NCBI GenBank assembly: GCA_951406725.2
Contig: OX597815.1
Coordinates: forward strand, 152,458,001-152,522,000
Length of the DNA stretch: 64,000 bases
Direction: 5' to 3'
Source: Octopus vulgaris
Taxonomy: Eukaryota
A program made the translations under genes and the position numbers. Within the stretch, counting starts at the first letter, position 1; each line of letters begins with the position of its first letter. A model generated the notes under the pieces. That model was given only the letters and a program-made list of their open reading frames with translations. It was not told the DNA's origin and did no database searches. Shown here piece after piece: positions 38,487 through 52,799 of this stretch.

Positions 38487-39184
38487 GCTTCAACACATAA
38501 ACTCATATAAAGAATCTTGCAAACCAAATCCAAAAAAGAAATATATATATATTGAGAGAGAGAGTAGTAATAATAACAATAGTCCTTGGATGAAATTTAT
38601 AAACATTTAATAGATTGAATGCTTATAAATTCTATCCTAGGATTATTGTTATTGGTATTATATTTATCCTACATTATATCGGTACAATTTCAGGCACCCG
38701 CCAAAAACTTGTTCACCAGTCAGTATCATTAGACTGAGGCAGGCATAATGGGATGGGAGCTTTATTTGCATAGTCAAAATGATTCCCATTAACAAATTTA
38801 AAAGATATATATAGAGATAGAGATTTATAATAGTATAAAATACAATTATAATTAAGGGCAGAGAAGAGACCATGCCTATGCTGAAAATAGATGCTAAATC
38901 GTGAAACCACTTAAAATTATCACTTTTATAGTATACATGTGTTGAAATCATGGGAGTAAGTTCACAGAATTTCATAAAATGATTAGCCTTGGCTTGATCA
39001 ATTTCTGGATTAGTCTAATAATTTTTCCTCATCAGCCAGGCATACTAAGGGAAATAAATGAGATACTTATACATACCCACAGGAAAGCAAATGCAAAGCT
39101 ACGATTACATACAAATACTACAAATTTGTCCGCATCGAATATCATGGTCTATTTGATCAGAGAAGTACAGACATGCTAGACTAT

Positions 39185-39590
39185 GCAATTCAATGTCGAA
39201 CCACTAAGCTACAGGTAAGTAAACATACCAACATCGGTTACCACACAATGGTGGTGGAGAGACAAACACAGACACACAAATACATACACACACACATACA
39301 TGCATACATACATACATACATACATACATACATACATACATACATACATACATACATACATACATACATACATACATACATACATACATACATACATACA
39401 CACACACACATATACACACACACATATACAATGGGATTCTTTCAGTTTCCTTCTACTAAATCCACACACAAGGCTTTGGTTGCCCTGAGGCTATAGTAGA
39501 AGACACTTGCTCAAGATGCCATGCAGTGGGACTGAACTCAGAACCATGTTGTTGGTAAGCAAGCTTCTTACCACACAACCACTCTTGCAT
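39185..39590 (-). mobile_element. tRNA-derived SINE with internal (CATA)n
   Basis: Same family as 42925-43323; further copies at about 40068-40200, 48155-48390, 56870-57216 and 59430-60150. Confidence 0.75.
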
Positions 39591-41489
39591 ATATATATGT
39601 ATGTATGTACATATATGTGTGTCTTAGATAGATTCTTCATAGATTTCTGCAAAAAATGTACCAGTCAGTCCCATAAGCCACTGCAGTAATGATGCTTGTC
39701 CCCCTCTCCAATATATATTGTTTTTGCCTCCAAACAATGTGTATATATTTACAATGATAAACAGATGGTGACACTGTATCTTTTTCTTTGTATTATGTAC
39801 TCTTGTTCATTATATACTTTTGATGGTTTCTTGTGAGAAATCTTAGGTCTTGTGCCTCAACTACATGACCTATCCTCATATCATAGTCTTGTGCCACTCA
39901 GACATTTGTGGCAGAGATTTTTCTTTATCAATTTCTCCTTTGTTCAATCTTGCCAAGCAGTGCCATTGTCTTCACATGTCTCTAGTCCTATTTTCAGCTT
40001 AATTTTCTTTTTCTTTGTAAACAGTGAAGGCATAAGAGTGACAACAGGCATAGGTGTGGCCGTGTGGTTAAAACCATTGCTTCCCAGCCACAAAGTTTTG
40101 TGTTCAGTCCCACTGAATGACAACTTGGGCAAGTGTCTTCTAGTATAGTCCTAGACTAAACAAAACCTTATGAGTAGATTTGGTAAATGAAAACTAAAAG
40201 GTCTGCAAATACATACATACATACATTTCAATGACTATAGATACAATCATGGAAACTGTATAAATCTGTAAAACTTCCCAGAAGTTTATCATTGAAATAC
40301 ATATGAGAATATCTAGATATGCAACTATATGCATCAGAATATATACATAAAACATAAAAATCTGCACATATATACATACAAGCAAACAAACAAAAATACC
40401 CTGTTGAAATTCCAATGAAGGAACCTTGGATCTTGGTTAGAAACCGACTCTTTCTCTATTGGCAAGAAATCTTGTTTTATTGCTGGTTTGGTTACTGTTT
40501 GCATAACACTATATTTTTATGTTTCCTATTTGGAAATAGGTAAATATATTTTACTTTTGAAGTAGGAATATATATTGATAAACATGTCACTTATAACTTA
40601 CTTATAAGTGTTATCATTATACATAAATCCTGACTCCAGTTACATAAACATCATAGCGAGAAATATATACTTTGAAACGCTAATGGACATTTTATGCATG
40701 CATGTATGTTGAAGATAAATAAATTTGTGTTTTTTTAACCACAGTTTCATAATTACAGAAATAAATTTCATTAACAATTTGAAGAACGTGAAGTAAGAGA
40801 AAATAATTACTACATTATTTTATTTATGTACATTTAGCATTTATAGTACAATTGGAAAGTAAAGTCATTTTGTCATAGTGCTTTACGACTTAAAATTCAC
40901 ATTAGCTAATCCTTCATACTAACTACTAGAGTTCACAACAATTCAAATAAGTCTTGTAGGATTTTTATCATAGACATGGCATAAAAAATAGCTAATATCT
41001 CAATGAGTGAGTGTCGTGGAGTTTAGTAACATCCTACAAATACTGAGTAATTTCCCAAAACTCAGGATTTTTTATAACTGCTCATATCCAAATTCTAAGA
41101 ACCATATTTTGTGAAAGGTTTCTTTGACGTAAGTTTAGAATTTGTATATGGGCAGTAATTTTAACCAATGAGATTACCAACAATTATACTTGTTTGGGTA
41201 AACAACCATTACATCATATTGCTGCCTTTTATGACTTGCTACACTTGAAATAAAACTGAACAATGGCATACATGCATGCATGCATACATGCATACATACA
41301 TACATACATACATACATACATACATACATACATACATACATACATACATACATACATACGTACGTACATATAAATCTGTAAAACTTATATATATATACAC
41401 ATAAAAACCATACGTCCGTACGTATGCATGTATGTATGTATGTATGTATGTACCATCATAAAGGTCAGCTATCCTGCAGATATAAATAT

Positions 41490-41717
41490 CTCTTTGGAAA
41501 TCAAAGAAAAAGAGGATATCTATGGACAACTACTTCGAAAACTCCAGAATTCATATTCATACCAATAACAATTGGAGCACTAGGTTTTGTTAGTAAATGC
41601 TTAAAGGATAATCTGGGTAAACTAGGATTTTCAGAAAGAGAAATCGGTCTGCTGATTCATACATTACAAGTTCAGTCTGTAAGTGGAACAGTAGAAATAT
41701 GCAAAATTAAAAAATGA
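41490..41717 (+). mobile_element. Non-LTR RLE-domain 3' fragment
   Basis: FIPITIGALG...LQVQSVSGT motif. Confidence 0.55.
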
Positions 41718-41929
41718 TTATATATATATAGATATATAGATATATATATCATCACCATCATCATTTAACGTCCGTTTTCCATACTAGCATGGGTTGGACG
41801 ATTCGACCGGGGTCTGGTAAGCCATGGAGGCTGCACCAGGCTCTAGTCTGATTTGGCAGTGTTTCTACAGCTGGATGCCCTTCCTAACGCCAACCACTCC
41901 ATTAGTGTAGTGGGTGTTTTTTACGTGTA

Positions 41930-41964
<35 letters not shown>

Positions 41965-42120
41965 TATTATCATCAACATCATTTAGTGTTTGCTTTCCAT
42001 GCTGGAAAGGGTCAGGCGGTTTGACTGAAAGTGGTAAGATGAAGAGCTGCACCAGCTTCCAATCAGGAATCGACATGGTTTCTACAGCTGGATGTCCTTT
42101 TTAATGCCAACCACTCCACA

Positions 42121-42531
42121 ATGTTAAAGAGATTAGTCAGTGCTGACTAATATCATACTTCAATGTTGATGGGAAGGTTTATATAGTGTGTTTGAAAGGT
42201 TAAACAATAAAAGCACAATTCACAAATTATGTAACCTTCTTTCTAAAAGGTTTGCGGAATTCTGCAATGGGAAATTGACCCCTAGATATTAGCTAACTCT
42301 AACCAGATGACATCAACGTATCCCTTGTTCTTTTTACACCATTGAATGGACTGCCAAACCCTCAGTACAAGCTCAATGCTTCCTAAAATTTCAAGAACCC
42401 CAATTTTTTATATAGATGTATCAACAAACCTGTTCTTCACAATAATATCCTTCATCCTTCATTCTAATTCAAAACCTTCCCACCAATGTTGAAGTGTTGC
42501 ATTAGTTGGTACTGACTAATCTCTTTAACAT
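42121..42531. mobile_element. MITE-like element with terminal inverted repeats of about 60 bp
   Basis: atgttaaagagattagtcagt... pairs with ...actgactaatctctttaacat. Confidence 0.65.
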
Positions 42532-42924
42532 CCTTCTCAGGAATCCTTGTCATCATCGTCATCATCATCAGCACCATCATCGTTTAAAATTCATGTTCCA
42601 TGCTGGTTGAATGGTTTGACAGGCTCTGATGGTTCCAAGGACTACATCATGCTCCACTGTCTACTTTAGCCTAGTTTCAATGGCCAGATACCCTTCTTAA
42701 CACAAACCACAAGACAACTTGTATTGGGTACTTCGTTTTTTCATGTCACCAGCACTAGTGAGGTTGCCAGGCAGTTTGCACCACTAAGAAACCTATGAGT
42801 GGTAGAGCTTTATGCATGGATCTGAGGGGTTAAAATATGAGAGAAGAGCCCAGGGTAGAAAATCTTCCTTGCTGCAGAAAAACTGCATGGTATGATCTGG
42901 GAAGAGATAAAAATGGTGAGGTGC

Positions 42925-43323
42925 AGGAGTGGGTGTGTGGTAAGTAGCTTGCTTACCAACAACATGATTCTGAGTTCAGTCCCACTGCGTGGCACCTTGG
43001 GCAAGTGTCTTCTACTATAGCCTCAGGGCAACCAAAGCCTTGTGAGTGGATTTGGTAGAAGGAAACTGAAAGAAGCCCATTGTATATATGTATATATATA
43101 TGTGTATATGTATGTGTGTGTATTTGTTTGTGTCTTTGTTTGTCCCCCCCCCATTGCTTGACAACCGATGCTGGTATGTTTACGTCCGCGTAACTTAGTG
43201 GTTTGGCAAATGCGACCGATAGAAGAAGTACTAGGCCTACAAAGAATAAGTTCTGGGTCAATTTGCTCGACTAAAGGCAGTGCTCCAGCATGGCTGCAGC
43301 CAAATGAATGAAACAAGTAAAAG
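42925..43323 (+). mobile_element. Apparently full-length tRNA-derived SINE
   Basis: tRNA-like head (gtgtggtaag...gagttcagtccc), internal (TA)/(TG) tract, 3' end aaacaagtaaaag. Confidence 0.8.
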
Positions 43324-43929
43324 AGGAGATGTCTGGGTAAACCATTTAAAAAGAAATTTTAAAAAACAATGAAGAAATATAAAAAAAAATTACTTTATCG
43401 AAATAATATTTTCTGTTACAAATATTTAATTCAACTGTATTTTTTTTACAGTAAGAGAGTTGGTTTTTCTTTTTTGTTTAAATTTTTCAAATTGATTTTG
43501 TAGATGTAATAAAATGAAAATGCTTTGCTCTCATTTGTGATTCCTCCACCATTTTCTTACATTTCCTGCAAATGGATAAACAAAATTTCATAAATTTTAA
43601 TATAACGAATATGTGTCTATGTATGTAACTATCAAAATAAACAAACTTAAAAGGTATGGTGCATTTTAAACAGCAAAAACAGGTATCAAAATCACACAGT
43701 CATTAGTGAAAGGCCAAGGAATTATTATTATTATCATCAATATTCTTTTATTATTTTACCAGTCCTCTGTATCTATCATGGTATTCACATCCTTTGCAAA
43801 CTGATCGTACATTTTCTTTTCTTTCCATGGTTTTTCTTCTTTTTTTTGTTCATTTCTTGTTTAAATTTTTTCTTTATTTTTATTATGATTATTATTATTA
43901 TTATTATTATAGTTTTTTTTTCCATCTAT

Positions 43930-46662
43930 CTTCAAATTTTCTTCCATTTCTCACCGAGTGTTTTTCGTACACCTAGGGCAGAGAAGCACATTGTATGCAT
44001 TCCTAGATTATACACGCAAATTCACAGGTAAAATATGTATTTAGAAAAATTAACAAATAAATAAATTCATGAATGCTCTTCTCAGTACATGAGTCATTCC
44101 AGTTAACACAATTTTTTGCACTTCTTGTAGGGATGGTAAGCCTGGTATCATTTTCAAATAGGTTTCAGTACCTTTTTCTATCATTCCTAGAGATCCTACA
44201 ATCTCTGGTACTGTAGTCGCCTTGAGATGCCACATTTTTTCAATTTCTATTAGCAAATCTTTATATTTACTGATCTTGTCAAATTCTTTCGGCGCTATAT
44301 TGTGATCGCAAGGAATACTCATGTCAATTAATAAACACACCTTTTTGTCTGATCTTTTATAATATCTGGTTTATTAGCTTTTATAATTTTGTCAGTATGT
44401 ATAGGGAAGTCCCAGAAAATTGACACATTTTCTCCCTCAGTCACAGCTTCAGGATGGTGTTTATACCATTTGTCAGCGGTTTTGATTTTATAATGCCAAC
44501 ATATTGTCCAGTGTTGATTCTGTCATGTCTTGCTTTATATTCTACAGGTGCTAAGACTCATCATCCTGACATTAGGTGATCTATAATTTCAATTTCACTA
44601 CACACTGAGATTAGGTGGTCTATAGTTTCAATCTCAATGTGGTCTGTAGTTTCAATCTCATGGTGGTCTATAGTTTTTCAATCTCATTATTATCATCATC
44701 ATCATCATTATTATTCTATGTTTGACTTTTGCTTTACATTTGTACAAGTTGGCTCCAAGTCTCACCCAGAGACCTCAAGAGACAACAAGTTGGAAGTTCA
44801 TGTTGGTGTTATGCCTAGCGTGCCATATATTTGGTTTTGTACTTAGTGTTGTACTAGTAAATGTCTAAAAAAACCATAGGAAAATTATGTTTGTTTTAAA
44901 ACTTGAGATTACATAGAAAGTATTTTGCATAGGATATGAGCAGTTCCCATGAGCACTATCTTTTGAATTTCTGCCATTTTGGGGTTTCCTGGTATCTGAG
45001 TTACGTAGCAATCAGCCCCTTTTGCTATCATTCCTAGGGCACCTATAACAACAGGTATTGTTTTAGTCTTCAGGCTTACAAAGAATAAGTCCTGGGGTTA
45101 ATTGCTTGACTAAAGGTGGTGCTCCAGCATGGTCATAGTCAAATGACTGAAACAAGTATTTGCATTGTCAACAGTTTTCTTATTCTTCTGTCAATATTAC
45201 ATATTTCAGTAATTCACCAGTTAATGATATTTAAACTGTAAGTCACGTCTGGTATGGCTAAAGCATTGATCGCTTCGATCCTGTTACTCGCATTCAGCTC
45301 TGTCTTAAGTATTGCTCTTACTCTGCAATAACATTCTCTCCTGATCCTTTCCTTCATCACTGAATGCCTTATTCCGTCCCCTTCAATTACCCCTTGGTAC
45401 TTGTAGCTCTCCGCTGGGTCTAATTCTTTTATGACATTCTGCTGGTCAAGGTTAACGTTAGATGTTTCTGTCATTTTTCCTTTGATAAAGGTAGTGTTTG
45501 CACATTTATCGAGGCCAAATCGTACTAGGTTGTTACAAAACATTGTTGTAAAATTTTGTTAGCATATCATAACTCTCTGGGAAGGCATTCAACCAGAAGT
45601 TAGGAATTTTATCCTCTCTTGGAGACTTCCATTTGCTTCACCTCCTGAGAGCAGATCTTATATCTTCAACCTTGACACCCTACCACTTTTGCTCTTCTAA
45701 GGAGTCCAAGTCTGCAGATATTCTATCAATCCAAGGGGCCTTTTCGTTGTGTGTTTTTTCTTCTGCCCAAATTTTATTCCAAAATCCCTGCACTTTTTCT
45801 TTTGATGGTACAGACTTTACAGTAACTGGTGTTTTCCCTATCTTCCTGTAAAAAGTTTTGGAGTTATTTTTGAAGATGTTGTCCTTGAAGAATCTATCAC
45901 ACTTTTCATAGCTCGCTATGCAGGCAGCTTTAGCAGATACCTTTTGCTTGATGGTTTCTATGGTGACATCAATATCAAGTATAGTTTTCATATTATATTT
46001 TTTTCTTTAATTTTGGGGTTTTCGTAGGTTTGGTAGTCTTGTCAACCTTAAGGTTTTTCAAACATTCTATGTCAGACCAAAGTAGTTTAATTTGTTGTTG
46101 GATACACTCTTGCCAATTGTGTTGTTGCAATAAAAGTTGTGTTTACGTATTTGGGTAATATATTAAAGTTTTTAAGTATTTTTGAGATGTTCATTTGTCT
46201 GTCCGTTTGGAAAATACAATAAGACTTTTGCAATGGGAAGAAGAATGTTTACATTTTCGAATGCTCAGGGAGAGTCAAAAAGAAAAGAAAACAAGTTGTG
46301 GCTAGTAAAGTTCTAAGATTTACTAAATATGGTCTTTTGTATGATTGCACAGAGAGAAATGATAGTGTTCTTACAATAAAAATGAGGGTGATATTTACAT
46401 TTTCGAATACTCAGGGGGAAAGGGAAGGATACCTTGTCGTACATTAGTTGTAGATATTAAAGATTTTTTTTTTTTTGTATTTTAAGCTGACCGTTTGTGT
46501 GTTCGATAGCTGTAGGTATGTAAGTTTCCTAACTTATTTTATTTTGAGGGAGATCTAAAATATTTACCTTTTGCTTGATAATTTATTATTATCGTCGTTG
46601 TTATTATTATTATCATTTTCATTTGCCTCTTCTTTCAATTGTTTCCATTTATTATTATTATG

Positions 46663-46703
<41 letters not shown>

Positions 46704-47000
46704 GTTTTGCATTTGTACAAGTTGGCTCCAAGTCTCACCCAGAGACCTCAAGAGACAACAAGTTAGAATTTCATGCTGGTGTTATGCCTAGGGTGCCATA
46801 TATTTGGTTTTGTACATAGTGTTGATCTAGAGAATATTCAAGAAACCATAAGAAAATTATGTGTTTGTTTTAAAATTTGAGATTACAAAGACAGTTTTTA
46901 TGTAGGATATGAGCAGTTACCATGAGCACTATCTTTTGAATTTCTGCCATTTTGGGGTCTTTTGGTATCTGAGCTAGGTAATAATCATCCACTTTTGCAT
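43930..47000 (-). mobile_element. Cluster of degraded R4/Dong-like non-LTR fragments (RT and RLE) among (TAA)n tracts
   Basis: RLE motif LIDMSIP...KISKYKDL..EI..MW...VP..VGSLG (44050-44340); RT pieces FGLDKC, YKY.G and W..IW (45214-45991); 3' ends repeated at about 44715-45075 and 46700-47000. Confidence 0.75.
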
Positions 47001-47150
47001 TCATGGAAATAATATCAGTCAAGGATTAATATTGTTTTATAATTATTTCTTCTTTAGATTTTTACAAATACTCTCTACCTAAAAGTGTTTTGCTTTCTTG
47101 CTTGTTTGAGTTCTCAACTATTTGTAGAGTTGTGGGGTGCAGCTATAATA

Positions 47151-47373
47151 TATGAGGGAGGTACTAAAAATTTCTTCATTTTGGGCAAAAGAAAACACAG
47201 GAAGATCAGTTAATTATGATTTTATTCAACATATCCCCCCACTTGGGTTCACACACTTATTTTAGCTGTCCTTCAGTTTTTCTAAGCCCTGTGAAAGAAA
47301 TCGGAAGACTGGGCCTCAAATCAGGCTTTTAGCAATACCCTGAAAGCCAGTAACTTTTCAGCATCCCCTTGTA
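47151..47373. mobile_element. Tc1/mariner-type MITE
   Basis: Degenerate TIRs TAtgagggaggtactaaaaattt and aacttttcagcatccccttgTA with TA ends. Confidence 0.5.
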
Positions 47374-47791
47374 CTGTCCAGCAGTGTCCCCCATCTGCCA
47401 TACTTGTATGTCTGAACTCAAAGTTCCACTATATATTTGGTTCTTTCTGTTTTGTTCACTACATTTCAATTCCTGGTCTGAATGTCTTCAAGACACATTT
47501 TCTTTTTTATCTTTTACTTGTTAGGACTACAGCTATGAAGGGTTTAATCAAACAAATCGGTCCCAGTGCTTTTTAAGTCAGATATTCATTCTATTAGTCT
47601 ATTTTGCTAAACTGCTAAGTTACAGGATGTAAACATGCCAACACCAGTTGTCAAGTAGTGGTGTGAGACAAAAACAAGCATAAAAACACACACACACACA
47701 CACATACATATTTATATGTATGTGCGTGTGTGTATGTATGAAAATATGTATGTGTGTATGTGTATATATATATATATATGGAAAAAAATTA

Positions 47792-48084
47792 AAGGTAGAA
47801 AATGCTAAAATAATTTTATAAAAAACATTTCAGAACTGGTTTCTCTTGTTTACTCTTGAGGGTTCGACCTCAAACCCACAAGAGTAAACAAGAGAGACAG
47901 AGACATGCAGAAACAATGAAAATGCCACTTGTATTTGAATACTATGCAAATATTCTTTTAAAAACCTTTTCTTTTAACTTTTCCAAAATTTTATTGTTTT
48001 CCATGCTTACAGTTGAAAAAGTCTCAATGACTGAAACTGGTAATGAAATGTTTTTTATAGAATTATTTTAGCATTTTCTACCTT
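47792..48084. repeat. Fold-back inverted repeat
   Basis: Arms of about 50 bp: aaggtagaaaatgctaaaataatt... and ...aattattttagcattttctacctt. Confidence 0.75.
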
Positions 48085-48362
48085 GACTTTTTTATCCATA
48101 TATATCAACTCATGTGTTCCTTTTCATCCTTCTACATATATATATATACTCTTTACTCTTTTACTTGTTTCAGTCATTTGACTACAACCATGCTGGAGCA
48201 CCACCTTTAGTCAAGCAATCAACCCCAGGACTTATTCTTTGTAAGCCTAGTACTTATTCTATTGGTCTCTTTGCCGAACTGCTAAGTTACGGAGACGTAA
48301 ACACACCAGCACCAGTTGTCAAGCGATGTTGGGGGCACAAACACAGACACATAGACACACAA

Positions 48363-48394
<32 letters not shown>

Positions 48395-49361
48395 GGATAT
48401 TTTCACTTGTTTCTTTTATGTCCTGTTTTCAACTCTAGAATGGATTAGATGTGTAGTTTTCAACTGGGGTCCACATGACCCTTGTTAGTTCATATAAAAT
48501 TTTGTTCTTAAAATTTATGTGCAAAAAATTTACCATACTTCTATAATACACAAAATGTTTTAACAATGTTTTTTATGCAGTTCCTCATAATATTTGTTTA
48601 TGGAAATACAAGAGGATTTTTTTTAAAACACCAAATGGTTATGGGGTCCAATAGAATAAAACAGAAACAAAGGGTTTCATAAATAAAAAAATAATTTAGA
48701 AGAATATACTGCTGAAGCATTGTTTTACAGCCAGATGCTTTTCTTGTCACTGACCCTTACTGCTTTTCAAATAAGGGGTCATTGATTCCACAAATCTTTG
48801 AATGTGAAAAGCCAGTGAATGATTTATTGACAGGGGAAATGAAAACAACCTATAGCTCAGGGACTTTCAAAGAGACCCAAATGTTAACAAATGCATAGAC
48901 ATGCACACACACACATACACACATGCACGCACGCATGCACACACACACACATGCACACACATGTAAACACATATGCAAGTGTGTACACATGTATACATGT
49001 GCAGACAGATGCACATGCACATGTGCACACAAAACATGCACACACACACAACAGGCTTCTTTCAATTCCCATCTACCAAATTCACTCACAAGTCTTTGGT
49101 CAGCCTGAGACCATAACAGAAAACCTATCAGACAAGACACTTGACCACTGTGGGACTGAACTCAAAGCTATGTGGTTATCAAGTTAATTGCTTAACCACC
49201 CAGCCATACTTGTGCCCCGATGACTCAGCCTTAGTATTACAAATGATAAGTGCACTTACTTTCAAATACTCCAGTGTTTCTGAAATTTGGTCTTCTTTCT
49301 GTAACATAAAACAATCATGTTTTTTATCATTCAATATAAATCCCTGCACAAATAAACAGCA

Positions 49362-49960
49362 CTCCTACACTTGAATATTACCCTAACACTTAAATACCAT
49401 CCACTTAAATTGTACCCTTACACTTAAATAGCACCCCTACACTTAAATAGAACCCCTACACTTAAATAGCAACCCTACACTTAAATAGCACCCCTACACT
49501 TAAATAGCACCCCTACACTTAAATAGCATTCCTACACTTAAATAGCACCCCTACATTTAAATAGCACCCCTATACTTAAATATACACCTACACTTAAATA
49601 ACACCCTACACTTATATAGTACCCTTACAATTAAATAGCACTGCTACACTTAAATAGCACTGCTACATTTAAATGGCACTACTACTCTTAAATAGCACCC
49701 TTACACTTCAAAAGTACTGCTACATATAAATGGCACACCTACACTTAAATAGCACTGCTACACTTAAATAGAACTACTACAGTTAAATAGCAGTGTTACA
49801 CTTAAATGGCACTCCAACACTTAAATAGCACCCCTACACTTAAATAAAACTCCTACATTTAAGTGATATGCTTACACTTAAATAGCACCCTTACACTTAA
49901 GTGGTACTACTACACTTAAACAATACTTCTAAGCTTAAACAACACTGATACATTTAAACA
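49362..49960. repeat. 19-bp minisatellite (CCCCTACACTTAAATAGCA), about 30 copies
   Basis: Seen directly; degenerates toward both ends. Confidence 0.95.
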
Positions 49961-50641
49961 AGAGTCCTAGAGACAATTCTCCTAAACCCTAAAGACGACA
50001 GTGATATCAACAGATCAGAGAATCTTTCCGGATCAAGCTGCAACTTCTCTGTATTGAGAGGTCACAACCCTGGTACTATGGACTCGAAAGTCATAAGAAA
50101 GAATTACAAGATGGATTCTTCAAGTTGAGTCAACTGGCAGGAGACCTAGAGGTATATAGATATAGAGATGTATATACATATATGTATGCATGTATCAAGA
50201 TATATATATATATGGATGTATGCATCCCCCACACACACACACAGAGTTAGGAGTCTTGTCATTCAAGTAACTTAGTGACCTCACTAGTGCTGGGACCATG
50301 AAAAGCACTCAGTATAGACTCTGAAAAGTGGTTGGCATGAAGAAGGGTATCTGGCCATGGGAACTATGCCCAAGCAAACATTGACCATGGTGTTGTCCTT
50401 CAGATTCTGTCAACCCATCTAGGCATTAAATGATGATGGTTATACAGTTCTCTATTTGAGAGATGAGGAATTATGTACATTATTTACATTATTTACATTT
50501 GATGGATATTTGTCCTCATCTTGTTTGCTTTTAACAAACCATTTCTGATGATGTACTCTCCAGCCTTCATCAGGTGTCCTGAGGGAATTTTGAATCTGGG
50601 TTCTCATTCCAAAGGTATTTTTCCGATGTTATTATTATTAA

Positions 50642-50671
<30 letters not shown>

Positions 50672-50675
<4 letters not shown>

Positions 50676-51285
50676 GAATGAGAGAGCAGTGCATGGCATC
50701 AAAGTGACACCAGGGTAAAATATACGAAGCCCAGTATACCCATCATGACTACCAATCTGATAAGGGTACACTAGGCACATGCATCACGACCATATTTGCA
50801 CGACATGGTGATCTCATATCAAGATAAACAGCGCATGAGCTTGCAGGTGGGGCCCAGTTAGAATTTTCTTCTGGTCGAGTAACCCATCCCGCTCAAAAGG
50901 TCCCTGAATAAGGGTTGTTTAAGGATGTTGAAGGAAACATCCATGTTTTCAGAGGTGAATTATTCAAACCTCAAAGAATCCCTCTCAACACAAGGCTATG
51001 ATGCTCCCCACTACTTCTGCTCATGATCAGAGATGCACATATTGTCACCCACTAAGGGACATGCTCAACATGTTAAGGTCAAACAAATCTGTGGTATTGA
51101 GCAGAATATTTGCTGTAGCCCATCTTTTATACCAAGACAAAACAATGTACATGATAACACCTCCAGTCGGTTAAGATCTGAAGCCTCGAGAGCCACTGCC
51201 TGGTACTGTATCAAGGCATCTGTGGTATTGAGCAGAATATTTGCTGTAGCCCAACTTTTATACCAGAACAAAACAATGTACAGGA
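50672..51285. repeat. Interspersed repeat of unknown class flanked by (ATT)n/(CAT)n
   Basis: Second copy at about 61190-61745. Confidence 0.7.
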
Positions 51286-51365
<80 letters not shown>

Positions 51366-52697
51366 CCATCATTATTATTATTATTATTATTATTAATATT
51401 ATTATTAATCAGGTCACTGCCTGGAATCAAAATCTTGGGGTTAGTAGCCCATGCTGTTGTTAACCACTATGCCTTATGCTTGTGAGCAATTATGGAATGA
51501 ATTTTAGGGATTATAAACCTAATATTTTCCTTTCTGTCCTTAATACCAGTTCCCATATGCTATTCATATTGGCCACATATCTTTTGTATCTATTCAGAGA
51601 GGCCTTTCTCATAGTGTAGACAGAGTGTGGACAGTTTATTGGTTTCATCCTTTCTTTTCTTCATAATTGGAGTGGATAGTATGTTTTTGGGGTAGTTGTT
51701 GCTTAATAGATTGTTACTTAGCTTGATCATTTCTTTGTGGTGGATATCAGGATTGCTACTTATATTCTTTGCTCAATGTTTTAGGTACTGAGCAATCACT
51801 CTCTTTACACTGTGGAATTGAAGTTGAGGTATCATCCAGTGAAGGTTGGCTTGCAGTATACAGATGTCCTGGATCCATAATTGGTGCATGTTAATAATAC
51901 GTCCAGGAATGCTAACTGATTGTCTTTTTCCTTTTCCCTTGTGAACTGTATGGATGGCTTTATTGAGTTCACGTAATCTAACAGTACTTGAACATCTTCC
52001 TGTCAGGTCAGAGTATGAAGGTATCATCAACATATTGCAGCCATAGGATTGGTTTTAGTGGTGTTGATTCTAAAGCCAAATTCTTAAAAACAAATTCCAT
52101 GTATATATTGGCTACCATCAGTGATAATAGTGAACCTATAGCTAAACCCTCTTCTTGTCCACATATATCAGTGTCCATTCTGAAGTAGGTACAAAAAAAA
52201 GATACAAAAGATATGCAGCCCATATGACATCAGGACAGTATTCAAGAGTAATACAACACTTCGCAAATATCTCCTTCGATTAAAACCACCAATAGAAGAG
52301 AATATGACCAAAGACTGTGTAATACTCCATCCCATGCAGCTGTGGTAGGTTATACTAAGATTAAACATGTTGCCCTCTCAAAATAAGGGTAGAGGAACAT
52401 TGCAAAGCTGTGACATGAGGAGATATTGATAAATTGGGTATAGCTAATCATGTATGGAAAAATGGAGACCACCTTTCCCTGTGGGATGAAGTTAAAATAG
52501 ACAGAGAACACCACTGGAAAATATGAAAACTAAAAGAAGCAGTACATATGGTAGGACACAACAACCTCCTAAGCAGACTGAGTGCAGTTAGGAACAGCAT
52601 ATAGAAACCGGTATTAAGGAAGGATAGGAGAATATTAAATTTATAAGCCCTTGTTAATAACAACACCAACATCGAAAAATACCTTTTCCTAAGACAC

Positions 52698-52740
52698 CTG
52701 ATGAAGGCTGGAGTGTATATCAGCCGAAACATTGTGTTAA
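52698..52740 (+). ncRNA. Minimal hammerhead-ribozyme-like motif in the Penelope terminal repeat
   Basis: CTGATGA, stem II GGCTG/CAGCC, then GAAAC; Penelope-like elements are known to carry such motifs; stem III is weak here. Confidence 0.5.
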
Positions 52741-52799
52741 CAACAAACAAGATGAGGATAAATATCTGTCAATTGTAAATTCTTCATCTCTTAAATAGA

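Noticed and set aside
49362-49960. CRISPR-like array
   Set aside because: Head-to-tail repeats with no unique spacers, no cas genes, eukaryotic context
49970-50152. Possible exon after the minisatellite
   Set aside because: Translates to a decayed RTE C-terminus (IERSQ.W.YG; TGRRPRG)
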